A stretch of DNA of 64,000 bases, taken from positions 186,001 through 250,000 of the forward strand of contig NGBS01000874.1 in the NCBI GenBank assembly GCA_002245135.1. Reading direction: 5' to 3'. Below the pieces are notes generated by a model. That model was not told the origin of the DNA, made no database searches, and saw only the letters and a list, made by a program, of their open reading frames with translations. Shown here in pieces: positions 12,824 through 26,744 of this stretch. The position numbers and the translations under genes are program-made. The DNA is from Proteromonas lacertae. Its lineage: Eukaryota. How positions within the stretch are numbered: the stretch's first letter is position 1; the number at the start of each line of letters is the position of its first letter.

Positions 12824-15800
12824 TTATACTAATCTTAGAATTGAATATAAAGTGTACTTCAATACGGCATATAGTAAGATATACATTGGTTGTTGAATAA
12901 AACAGTCTAATACAATTGAACCTAAACTAGACAAAATCCAACAATATGTTAGTTTTCTATCAAACTTCAATCCATAATTAATTATGACAAACATCATCAA
13001 TGATATATACAACAACAACGTGAAGTAGAGTAATGACTTTCTCAGCCTAATATTACAGTAATGTGATTCCCAGTCTATTATAATATACAAATTCTATAAT
13101 ATACGACTACGTATTGAAGATTTATTCTCACTTTTACCTCTTTCCATTTTGAATCTGAATTTTCCTTGAGCCATTCTTCGACAAGCTGTGTTTATATTAT
13201 AATTATAAATTATATCATCTTCTGGTATTACTGCAGTTTCTGTATAAAGCTTAGCTTTAAATAATAATATTAATTTCATAAGAACTATAATTAAACTCAA
13301 TATAAAATAAACCATCCAGAAACTAATATATTTACTAAACACCCTCTTCAACCCAATATTACATGTTGATGTTAATGAACCACATTCATTAATATTTGTA
13401 TTAATAAATGTCCTTGAATCATATCCACAACAACTCAAAGATGTTTCTATATACTCTATGATATCTTTTAATAGAGTTTTGTCACTGCAATATTTCCATA
13501 TTGAATATATAATGTCTGTGTCATAATTAGAATAAATTATTATATAAATGATAATCAAGTATACATAAAATAAAATGAATATCATATCAAAGAAAAATAA
13601 AATAATGAAACACATTTTTCTGTAGTAAAATGTTAAAGATGATAATACTGTTTCGATTGAAATAACAATAGTTAATAAATATAAAATAACTAATGGTGGT
13701 CCAAATGGACAAATAATGGAGCAAATAATAAATAGTATGATGTTTAATACCAAAAATATATGCGAGAATAAATACAAATACATATTTGCTTCAAATTTCA
13801 CTGAATGATATTGATTTAGATTTACATCATCTAATATCTCATCCAGTTTATCCAATTCAAATAAATTTACATATATACGATCAATATAACCTCCATTAAC
13901 GCTATAAAGACTTATATCATTATAATCATAATCATAATAATAATAGTTATCATGATAGTAATCAATATTATTTGAATTATTACTAGAATTATTTAATCTG
14001 TTACTACCACCAGAACTAGTAGTTGAATGAACCACAGTATAGGTTAGAAATCTTCTAGAATATCTATCCAACGTTGAATAATCTCGAAAATAGTAATATC
14101 TACCTACATAATATCTATCAGAAAGGTGATGATCACTTCCTTTATTAATATAAGTTTTGATACAATCATTTATTAGATCATATAAATCTAATTTATATGA
14201 CAAATATTTTATGTAATATGGCGATTTTAAATCATTCATTCTTCTGCAGATCATTGGTATTATAATATATATGGGGAAAGCTATTAATGCAGAACATAAA
14301 CCAACTGATACTACATGATTGACATTCTCTGGATTTAGGCTATAAAACAACGTATTAACACACAATAAGGTGAATATACTAGAAGCAAAACATAAAACAT
14401 GTTCAAATCTATTTATAAATACACAATGACTAACACTTTTATAAAATGGAGCAAAGAGGTGATGTAAATTAATAAAGCTGTAGAGAATTACATTTAATAA
14501 TGAAAATGTTATCAAGTTATCATAAGTGTAAGATTCATGACAATACCAATTATACAAACACCCATATTCATCTAATCTGTTTTTGCATATTTCATAGAGC
14601 ATAGTAAATTCTTTCATATCAATGGTTATTGAATAATAAACCATCAATAAAATAAAAAATGTAAGGATAGATACTATGATTGGTATGTAAATATTATATT
14701 TCTCTATCTCTATTTTTCCATCAAAATGTGTTACTTTACTAACATTATACTTCTTTGGATCAATTTCTTTCTTTTCAATTGAAAAATCATACATATTATC
14801 AGCTCTGCATATAACATAATTTTCATCCTTTTCTTTTATTTCTCCCAATATTATTATGCCTTTACTGCTTTTTTCATTGTTATTGTCTATACATATTGCT
14901 TTCATATTTTTATAATTAGTATTACCATTTGTTCTTTGTCTATAATATACATATCCTTTATCCTGTTTTTTCATCATTTCAATTGATATAACACCAGCTA
15001 ATGGATTACTAACATTGAAAAAATATTTATCATTCCAATATATTATCATTATTTCATTTTCTTTGTTTAAATTATAATCTATGATATTTCTTAAATCAAT
15101 ATCATTATTACTATAACCAATTTGAATTGAATTATTTATATTAAATGAAGTGCCTATTCTAATCAATAATAAGCTTAAAGCATTTGCATTTATTGATATA
15201 GGTAAGCTAAATTGTTGATTATAATGAATCATTGATATATCAAACATATATTCTTTTAATCGTTTACCAACACAATAAATATTTGTATTGTTTCTCTGGT
15301 TGTTCAGCCATTCATTTTCAATTAACAGCGAACTAATCTTTACAAATGTATCAATCATATTATCATTATATAATAATATAAATTTACTCTCTTTCAAATA
15401 TTTCAAATAATTTCTCATCATATCAAACAATTCATTTATTATAATTGCATCATAATCAATAAATAAATTCAGAATGTGTTTTATTGTTATAGAGAAAGCT
15501 TTAATAGATTCTATTGATAGAATGCTCTTTCTTAATGTATTAATCATAACTTTGTTTATCAGATAATTTCTTTCTAAGTTAATCTTTTCATATTCTTCAT
15601 TCATATATTCACATTCTTCACCACTATATCCACTATCACATATACACATACTATGACAATTTGGTTCAAATTCTCTACAATCTTCCCTGGTTTTTATACA
15701 TTTACCTCTTCCGTTACATTTATTTCCAATAACACTACCATTTTCATCAATTAATTCACCAGGACACAATTTCAATGGTTCATTACATGATTTATCACAA

Positions 15801-18800
15801 TCTTTAACTTCTGTATCAATACCTATACAATTAATTGCATTTTCACCACTTGGCTTAGGATTGTTACATCTTCTTCTTCTTTTCATTCTTCCCACACATT
15901 TTACTCCATTATATATCTTACAATATGCATCACATTCACTCCATTCACTCCATTCACTCCAATTACCATTTTCAATTACTTCACATTCATCAAATATTGT
16001 TTCTTCTTCTTCAATCCTTATTTTACATTCTTTACCTCCATATTCAGGTTTGGGATTATCACATTCTCTCCATTTATATCTTTTTGATCTTCCACAATCT
16101 CTATTCCATCCACTATAACTATAGTTATCACTTAAACCACCATCTTTTTGTATATGTTTTTCACATAACTTCCCAAAAAAACCTTCATTACATTTACAAA
16201 CACCAAAATTGTCTTTTTTACCATTCTTCGAACAGCTGACATTTGGATATAATACTGATAATTCTTTCATTGAAATAATTCTTCCCAATATCATATTCAT
16301 TAATTCATCATTGTTTTTATATCCTTCTATCATCATTGTTACATTATTGATATATTCTATGTCATTAATTGGATTTACTTTTATTATTATTTCATTTCCA
16401 TTCATATCTTTTGTTGAATTACTAACTGAACCATAAACATCTTTAACAAATACAACTACCTTCACTTCATTATAATCTTCTCTATATCCAACTGGTAATT
16501 TTCCTTTATAAACATTATTACTATAATATTCACATTGTAAATAATTAATTTCATTGTTTATTATCACACCATATCTGTATGTAAATGGAGCAATTCCCAT
16601 TCCAACCAGTTGTTCTTAATATAATATCTTCACCAAATAACAATTCCGTTTTTGGACTGATAATATAACCAAGTTGTGGGGGTAATGACAAAAGTGAAAA
16701 TGAATAATACATCACAACTTTCTTTTCATTCTCATTCAAATATAAATCCACTTCAATAATATGTCTCGAAATTCTGGCATTTATTTCTTTTAATGATACA
16801 TAAATGGTTGATAAATCATTTCTACTTAACAATGGATTGATCTCTTCATCGGTTATATATCTCCAATCATATTTCTTTACATCTTTATTAATTATAACTT
16901 CTAGCTTCATTATTTCATCCCATTTATATGTAGTAACGCTGTAATATGAACTATTAGATTCATTATTATGATTTAAACTATCAATTCTACCATATATTTC
17001 GTTATTACCACTAACAACTATCATTGAAATCATTATCTTACACTCTCTTTTACTTATTTTACCTATTACTTCTATTTCAAATATATAATCACCAATTGTT
17101 AATTCATCACTTTCTATTGTTATGTTGTTTGTGTTATTATAATCTAAAATTAATGGAATTGGAGAATAAGGATTATTCTTATCTCTTATAAAACAATATT
17201 CATAGTTAATCTTTCTACATTTCCATATATATTTATATGTACCATTATCATAACTATCATCATCTTCAACTGATATTCTTATATTCACTGCTTTATTAGC
17301 TGAATGGATAAATGAACTATCAGTATTACTAAAAATTCTTAATTTGGATTCATATTCTATTGTTAATAAAATCGTAGCATTTGATCTTGTTAAAAACATT
17401 TTTTTTCTATAAGCTTCACATTTTAATAACACTTTGTAATTACCTACTTTGAGGCTATTAGATTGAATTAATATAATACTTTCATCATTTGTAAGAAATT
17501 GATTAATTGGAATAACTTCTATACTATTATTATCTTCTAACAACATTATTGACCAACTGTAATTCACTGTTATATCTGTGTAATTATTATTACACTCATA
17601 ATATCTTGATTTGCCTTTGATATATCTATTTTCATTTATTACAATTTTCAACTCTTTTTCATTCTCAATTTCAGTAATTAATCTTCCTTTATCATGTATT
17701 TCGATGGAAATATTTGCTACACTAACATCACCACTAAGAAATGGTGAGGATATACGTAACTGAAATATATAATTCGTAAAATTAGATAATAAATAAGAAG
17801 GAATTGTTATAAGGCTTGAATGTTGGTTTGACAAATAATATACTAAGTCGTTCTCTTTGCTTTCTATTTCACTCCATTCATATTTTAAAATCTTTAAGTT
17901 ACTTTTATTATTTATCTTACTATCTGATCCATCTAATATCAAATCTTCACAAAATATATTATCAGTATTTGGTGGAATTGTCTTAATTGTTGCATTTATT
18001 CTCATAATTTCATTCGGTGCGTATATATTCACACATCCTTTCATATATAACATACTGTTTATTGATGGTTTTATTATATTGTTTTTCTTCATTCTTAAAC
18101 TAGAATTATAAACACAACTGGAAATAGATTCATTTTCAGATACAGGAACGATTATTTGAGAATCTAATGACAACTCAATAACAATTCTACCATCATCTTT
18201 ATCTAAATAACATGTTGAATTACCTAATAATTCATATTCTTCTAATATTTCTTTACATTTTATACCATTTTCATTGATATTGTCATTTTCTATCACTCCA
18301 TCACTTTTATCATATTCAATAATAATTCTTTGAAAATCAGAAGAATAATTTCCATATAATAATTGTGGTGGATGTTTTCTTAATTCTATTCTTATACTAC
18401 CTACTGAAGAATTATTACTATTTGAACTACCATATATTATATTTTCTTTTAAAATTAGTCTGTTTTCATCATGTTCATCATTAAAACTACTATAATATAC
18501 TGTAATTTCATTGTCATCACTCCATCTACAATAATCAACATTCAATATTGTATTATTATATTCAAAAATAACACTACAATCGAATCTTTTGTATAAAATG
18601 ATTGATTCATTCATATAACACTTCTTATTAAATCTTATTTTTATTGATTTTTCATTTTCACTTTCTATACAGGATATTAATTCTGGTGGAGGTGTTTTAT
18701 CATCAACTGTTGTTCTTATTGGTAAATACTCAACATCATAGTTATCATATTGTTTATCTTCAGTTTCTATATAATGAGTAATATCACATTCTATATCAAA

Positions 18801-19431
18801 TGAAACTGATAATGGTGTTATTTCGATTTCATGTTGGATTTTTTCATTATCAAATGTTAATTCGGTTGGATTGATGTTATAATATCTATTACATGTTGTA
18901 TTTATTACTATATTAACAGGTAATGATGGATAAGAGGAACAGCTGAGTGTATATGTTGTTGGTGTTAAATTATCTTGGTTAAAATATAAACTATTTGGAT
19001 TAAAATTGAATTTTGGTAATTCACTTTGATAAAAATAAAGAGGATATTGGATAGTACCATAAGCAGTGTATGGGTTATCTTCAATTTGAATATAAACATT
19101 CACTTTATTAACTTCATTTACCTTTAGATGATTACAGGTGAAAATAAACTGACATGGTGTATTCATCTTTACTCTACATATGTTCTTATCAGCTGTGACT
19201 TCTTCATCATCATATTTTATATTAATATAAATATTAATATCATTATTAATCACTATTCATAGAATTATTTAATTTATACTCATTGATACTTTTATTTCCT
19301 GTATATACTCATCTTCAGTTTTTAAAACATCTATATTAAACTCATCTTCAATATCTCTTCCAAAGATCACTAATGGTGAATAAATAGGGCAATATACAAC
19401 TCATTATGAACAATAACATCAACAACATCAT
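12824..19431 (-). CDS. Polycystin-1/REJ-like receptor with EGF and TSP1 repeats and a tetraspanin-like insert
   Basis: Signal-peptide-like start. REJ-type motifs LILDGSDS, YEWS, YKYIWKC and PFTYRY. EGF repeats (CKCNEGFFGKLCE) and TSP1 repeats (WSEWSEWSEC...RRRRCNNPKP). PKD1-type TM motifs HHLFAPF...RFEHVLCF...NTLFY, VGLCSALIAFP and YGLKF...WILS...FIQQP. Two introns, with apparent frameshifts near 16598 and 19400. Confidence 0.75.
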
Positions 19432-20520
19432 TTTATATGTATTAAATATGATTTTTATATTAAGAATACAACAAATTTTTGATTTAAAATGAATGATGAG
19501 AAACGACTATATTTCCACGATAAGAATTTTCTAAGTTTTTTTTTGACTTTAAAGTGATTTTTCTCGATAACCATAAAGAATTATGAAACAAAAATTTGCC
19601 AAACCTTTTATTATATGTTTAACTTTACTATAGTGTAGTTAGTTTCATAATTACCTGATTTAGGTAATTTCTTTCTTTTGTAAAACTAATTATATATTAT
19701 GATAAATAATGAAGAAACTTATTTTTATTTAAAATTTTATAAAATAATTCCTTTTGCAACGTTCAAAAAATAAGGTCAAAGTGTCAAAAATGCGAAAAAA
19801 CTCAGATCGAAACTCACACAAAAGTCGATATTTTGCTCTGGTGTGAGCGAATAAGGAAACCAATCGAAAAAATATTTTAGAATAAAGAAACATGATTTGA
19901 AGAGCAACTTTTAAGCTATTAATAATTGAGAAAGAAAGGGTCGTATTTGGGAATGTAATTCAATGTAATTGTGATATTATGTGCTTATCCAAATATGGAC
20001 ATATAGATAAATAGTAATATTGTACTACTTTTTGATAACTCCTGCTAATTAAGGAGATACAAAGAATTGTTTTATTTTCAGCTGCTATAGCTGTATATTG
20101 ATATAATTATGAACAATAACATAATAATAACATAATTAAATACAATTATACTTAAATTATTAAATTAATTCTTTCTTCTTCTCCTTTTCCCTTCTCCTCA
20201 CTTCAGCTATACTATATCTATATAATTATAATAAAAATATACTTTTATTACTCTTATCAATCTAAAAAAAATAATTATAAAAATATACATTTATAAAATT
20301 TTATCTATATCACTTCCTTATCCTATATACATATATAAATAATTATAAATATACTAATCTTATATTCAAACTAGATATTAACAATAATCTATTAGAATAT
20401 AAATATATAGTAAATACAATATTAATTTTATGTATCTTAGAAGTAAATAAGTTATAATCTAACTATATAAAACATAAATTTAGAAATTATACCTTAAATA
20501 GTATGTATTTTAGCTTCCAT

Positions 20521-21088
20521 TGTTTTATAATTAATATTATCATAAACAATTCTTCACTTTGTTGACTTTTTCTATTTTCATTACATATTAATATATATTT
20601 ATACTTTCCATCACATTTGATATACATATCCATGTCATTTCTCCCACGATAAGATATTTTGATTATTCTATTACCTTCTTTATCTTCATCACTTGTAATT
20701 GAACAATCTATTATAATAATTTCATATATATATATATATACGAGTTAATAACATCTTTCTTATTGCTATTCTTTGAGTATAACCACCATTATTATTGCTT
20801 ATATTGTTTATATTATTTGTTGAAAGTGTGCTTGATGTCGCAGCATATTGGATTATATAATTGTCGATTATTACTAAATAAGATTCTAATTCATTTGATT
20901 CATCTTGAAAAGATATTCTTTGCACTGAATTGTAAAATGGTAAAAATAATGTAGTTAAATGAAAGTCTGGTAATATCGAATGGAATGTTACTCTTTGAAG
21001 ATGCTATTCAATTATATTATATATATCATACATCAACTACTGTATAGATCGCATTATAATAATCTACTTTGAAATAAAGGAAATAGTC
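20521..21088 (-). pseudogene. Inverted partial copy of the 5' region of the gene at 24.4-26.6 kb
   Basis: The reverse complement matches about 24537-25098 closely (QRISFQDESNELESYLVIIDNY...MDMYIKCDGKYKYILIC), including two introns. Homology stops at about 20521. Confidence 0.75.
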
Positions 21089-22343
21089 CTAACTTCTACT
21101 ACAATATAAATTATATATAATCATTATTATACTATAAAATATCTTAACTATAACACAGTCCTGAGTAAACTACCCTTCTAACATTTAATAATTTATATAT
21201 TTAACTATTAGTGGTATGAATATAGAATTTATACATCCACATCGTGAAAAGAATTAAAAAGAATAAATTTTTGAATTAATTCTAGTCGTTTCATTAGATG
21301 CATATATTCGTTTCGGTAATTTAGATATAATACACCAAGACCCTGTCTTTTTTGTCTTTTTTATATTTTTTATTCCTTCAATTATTTTCATGTATATATT
21401 TTATTAGGCAGAATTTCTGCAATTTATCTACAAATGAAAGAATATATTATTTATAATAGAATTTTATACTATGTTTAAGTAAGTTTCACTTTTCAATTTT
21501 CTAATTAATATGCCAAAGAGAATAATATGTTAATATATATGAAATTTAGTAATATTTACTTTTATTTTAATTATTTAAAATGGCTTAGAGTCAACATTCA
21601 CTATTTTTATTTATAGAAGTAATATATATAGAAATAACGATAACAACAGTTTGCTATTTATATATATTAGATTGTTATATGCTTAGATGTAGAATATCTT
21701 CCCTATACAATGTAATTGAAAATAGGAATCAATTTAAAGTATATAGTAAGGCTTTTTGTAGGTACAACACATGATCTTATATTATTTATTTGAAATAAAT
21801 AGTTTAATTGCATATATAAGCTGATTCAAAAATCCATTAAAATCTAGATTTTTTAAATAACTAGCTTAATATAAACTTGAACATGATATCAATAACTATA
21901 TTAAATATTAGTTCTTAATTCTAACTTTAAGATAGTGAAAAATCGAAAAGAAAAAGTTGTTAAAATCAAAAATCGCAGATACGATCTGAGTCAAGTATGC
22001 TTTCCCTATTTAAACACAAGTCAAACATTCTTATCGTGTCTAATAACTTAAATATCTCATAAAAGAAGATACTGTGAAGGTAATTGTTGTTATTTGTAAG
22101 GAAATGCGAATTTATACAATGGTATGATGAAATTATATTTGAGTTTCAAACATGATTTTTATTAAGTAGCTGTTGTTTAATGAAACAATACTCTTATTTT
22201 GATTATAACTATATGCAAACACCATTAAATTTTATGATGAAATCATTTTGATTGAATTAATAAAGAAAATAAACATTTTATATTTCCATAAAATAAAGGC
22301 GTTTATCATGTTAAATTACTTTTACATCCTAAAAATAAAACAA

Positions 22344-24267
22344 ATGAATCAAGTTATCATTTTAATTACCATCATCACATCATCTTGCTTTGCCCAAAAC
22401 AATCTTACAGTTCAGAACAACGATTTACAACAATTCAAAACTCTTTTAACTCAAGGAGGCCATATACAGTTACAGAAACCTTACAACATTATCCTGGATG
22501 ACGATAACAGCGCTTTTACACCTTCTATTAGCACAGTAACTGGAAATGGAGAAAAAACAAAAATTACTATCTCAGGAAGCAGCATTAGACTATTTACTGA
22601 AATTAAAAATATAAAAATGATTAATATAGATATACAGATAACTTCTAATCAAATTTCAAGCCAAGCTTTAATCGGACAGTTAATCCAGTCAAATCTACTA
22701 AACTTTACCATTTATATTAATAATAATATCACTATTACTGTCAATAAAGATACTGGTATTATTGCAGATAAAATATTAGATACTTTTCTTGTAAATGTTG
22801 GTGTAATATTCCAAAAAATAGTCGTTAATGTTCAATCTCCAGCATACTTTGGAATGATCACCCCATTCATTACAGTATCAGTGGCATTATCTGGAGTCTT
22901 TGTTAATGGAAATGAATTAATAGTTAATGCTAATATCTTTAATAATGTTTACATAGGATTATTATTTGGTAAAATTAATACATTATCTACATTGAATAAC
23001 AACACCATAGATAGATTCTATGTGAATATAAACAGCTTATCACTCGAGTCAATTGGTACTATTACTATAGGAATGCTGTGTGAAGTGGATAATATTTTCA
23101 TTAATAACTCATTTATTTTAATTAATAATATTATTACTAATATTGAGGATGCATATTTTGGAGGATTTGTTGGATTTGGACACTTTGATTGCTACATTAT
23201 CAACAGCTGGATACAGATTGTTATAAGTGAGAATTTAAAGCCAGAATATGTTGTTTTCAACTGCATTATTTATCTATTATTTGATAATAGATACTTATAT
23301 CTAAACAATATAATAATTAATATATACCTTAATTCAATCACTGATTATTTCAACATTTTCACCAGTGGAACTGTTAATACTATTATAAATATTAATGATT
23401 TATATGTGAATACAAAAATATTGGAAATACAAATCCTATTATATATGACTTTAATAAGGACTATAGAAATAATATAAATAATATTTATACTACAAACAGC
23501 TATTACCATTCCTCAGGAGTATTAATGGATTTCATTGCACCTATAGAAAATTATAAATATAATAATATACCTCCTTCATTGACTAAACTGGATATTGGTA
23601 TTAACTATAAAATATATATTAAAAATATACCTTATTATTCAAATAATATGTTCATTTCTTGTGATGATACTATTTATTATCCTTCTTTAAATGTTCATTG
23701 TCCTACAACCACATTACCAACCACAACTTCACCTGATATTACTCAACAATCAACACCAGATATTACTGTTCAACAATCAACAACACCAGATATTACTCAA
23801 CAATCAACAACACCTGATATTACTCAACAATCAATCAACAACACCTGATATTACTCAACAAACAACAACACCTGATATTACTCAACAATCAACAACACCA
23901 GATATTACTCAACAAATCAACAACACCAGATATTACTCAACAATCAACAACACCTGATATTACTCAACAATCAACAACACCTGATATTACTCAACAATCA
24001 ACAACATCAGATATTACTCAACAATCAACAACATCAGATATTACTCAACAATCAACAACATCAGATATTACTCAACAATCAACACCAGATATTACTCAAC
24101 AATCAACAACACCTGATATTACTCAACAAACAACAACACCAGATATTACTATTGATCAAACTACAATTTACATTGCTGGAGCATTTACCCTTTTAATATT
24201 GATTTGTTTTATACTATGCTACAAATCCAATAAATCTAAACAGAGAGTACATCCTGAGGTTGTTTAG
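22344..24267 (+). CDS. Intronless type I surface protein: signal peptide, Asn/Ile/Gly-rich ectodomain, Thr/Gln repeat stalk, TM helix, short tail
   Basis: Signal MNQVIILITIITSSCFA. Ectodomain motifs YFGMI, YIGLLFG and YFGGFVG. TTPDITQQS repeats, then TM IYIAGAFTLLILICFILCY and tail KSNKSKQRVHPEVV*. Continuity needs indel corrections near 23416, 23833 and 23915. Confidence 0.7.
23723..24150 (+). repeat. 27-bp coding minisatellite (ACAACACC[T/A]GATATTACTCAACAATCA), about 16 units
   Basis: I count 16 occurrences of the core GATATTACT at about 27-nt spacing. It encodes TTPDITQQS. Confidence 0.95.
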
Positions 24268-24437
24268 TACATCTATCACCTTAAAATTATTATGATATTA
24301 TATACTATAAATTACTATATGGGTTTCATAACTAAAAAAAAGGAAAAGCATAATTCAAAATGATAAAGTTTGAGTTAATCAAACTTTTTGAAAAGTGTTT
24401 TTTTACGATTTTTGAAACATATAATTCGTCTAGAAGG

Positions 24438-26593
24438 ATGAAAAAACAAAAGAAACGTATGGTAGTGAATTTTGAATGTATATAATACTGAAGCAATCTT
24501 ATAATCAGTATATTTAATAGTTCATAGCTTAGACAAGACTATGTTCTCAATTTTAAAGTAGATTATTATATGTATGATATATATACATAATATAATATAA
24601 TTGAATAGAATGTTGAAGGAGTAACATTTCATTCGATATAACCAGACTTTCATTTAACTACATTATTTTTCGATTTTACAATTCAGTGCAAAGAATATCC
24701 TTTCAAGATGAATCAAATGAATTAGAATCTTATTTAGTAATAATTGACAATTATATAATCCATTATGCTGCGACATCAAGCACACTTTCAACAAATAATA
24801 TAAACAATATAAACAATAATAATGGTGGTTATACTCAAAGAATAGCAATAAGAAAGATGTTATTAACTCGTATATATATATATATGAAATTATTATAATA
24901 GATTGTTCAATTACAAGTGATGAAGATAAAGAAGGTAATAGAATAATCAAAATATCTTATCGTGGGAGAAATGACATGGATATGTATATCAAATGTGATG
25001 GAAAGTATAAATATATATTAATATGTAATGAAAATAGAAAAAGTCAACAAAGTGAAGAATTGTTTATGATAATATTAAGATCAATAAATTATGAAACATC
25101 TCGTACATCTGTAGTTGATGATTCTTTGCGAATATTGCCAGATAGTTATAATGTAAATGATAAATTTCTTAATTATGAAAGAGGTTGGGTAATTGATTTA
25201 AGTGAAGTGTGTTTGAATGAAAATTTACAGTTATATATCTCCTTTTTACCTTCTTCATCAGTATATATATATTATTATTCTGAATTAGGATCCTTTATGT
25301 TTTAATTCTCCACCTGAAATTTGTTTAGCAATTTTGAATATAGTTAATCACTTAATATTCCAATTAGAATATCGTAATACAATTTTGAAGTGTATTCCTT
25401 TATTGAATAAGATAAGAAACTGTATAAAAGTGACAGAAGAATGTTATAGTGATTATTATGATTATAACAAAAGAAGTATATATATATATATATATATAAA
25501 TATTGTATTTTGAACAATAGATGATACTGATTGTATCTATAAATTAACTCCAACAGATTTCCGAATTAATATGTTAATATCAGTTTATCAGACAATGTGT
25601 GTTATTTCCTTTAATAATGAATCAATAAAACTTGTTAAGCCAATATTAGAATTAATACCCAGTCATTTGAAGTTTGCTGTTGATATAAAGAATCGAGATT
25701 TAATAATTGCAATAATCCAATTAGTGTATAATATTATATAAAATATATGATTGATTATTAAATAATTATAAAATAGTAAAAACATAAGTGAATGTAGAGC
25801 AAGTTGGATTGAAACACTAGTAGAGAATAATATAATATCTGCAATAGTTCATATAAAAGATTTTACATTAAAGAAGATCAATACAATCCAGAATCTACCA
25901 AATAATGTCTTAAGCTCAACAACAACCTCAATTCCATTCTATAGTCCCTTATCTAAAGTGATGATAAGTGATAATGATATAATGCGAGAATCTGAAGACA
26001 TTTCATCTTCGTCTTTATCACACAAGTTAAAATTGGATAAAACATTTAGTCCAACATCTCAGATCCGACATTTAGATACAACTAGTTCCTCTTCAACACA
26101 CAATGAAAATCGAAGATTGAAATTCAAAAATAATGAAATGAAAAGAATGGAAAGTGGTGGTGGTGGTAATGTAATAAAAGATGAAAGTTCAAGTAAAAGA
26201 TCAAGTAGAAAGTTTATTAATAGAACTGTAACACCATTACAATTAGATGAAAGTTTACTATCCAAATTAGAAGAAATAGCAAAACAACAAGATGAAGAAT
26301 CCAAATCAATGTCGAAATCAATGAAATTAGATGAAAGTAATGATTCCATCAACTATAATCATAATGAAAATAATAATAATATGAAAAGATCAAGACATCA
26401 AAGAAATAAATCAAATTTATGTAATTCAATAACAGACGATGCATTTCCACCAACAGACAGAAAAGAAGATGTAGAAAACAGTCATAATAGTAGAAATAAC
26501 ATAAATGAAGAAGAAAAAGAAGAAGCAATAACCCCCAAAACAACAAATAAATCAAAAATATCAAAAGGAAATGTATTGTTATTGATAAAATGA
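24438..26593 (+). CDS. Hypothetical protein with possible PH-like N-terminal domain and Ser/Asn-rich tail; 5' part appears disabled
   Basis: Exons join through short introns from about 24686 to the TGA at 26593. The strand pattern (YLVIIDNYII...KYILIC...EELFMIILRSI) resembles PH. The start is uncertain, and there is an in-frame TAA at 24639. Confidence 0.5.
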
Positions 26594-26744
26594 AATGAAA
26601 AAGATAATAAGTGTTAGAATGATTTTTTTATTAAGATCACAAAATGCATTTATATTAAATATTTCATAGATTTACTTCTAAGGTGAATTGAAGTAGATTT
26701 GAGAAACAGTAGAACAAAAATGAGTTTAATATATTAATTATCAT

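Noticed and set aside
21300..22250. Possible retrotransposon or transposon relic in the spacer
   Set aside because: There are only vague peptide fragments, with no RT, integrase or transposase motif, terminal repeats or target-site duplication that I can support.
23723..24150. CRISPR-like array
   Set aside because: The units are contiguous with no unique spacers, they encode a Thr/Gln stalk, and the context is eukaryotic.
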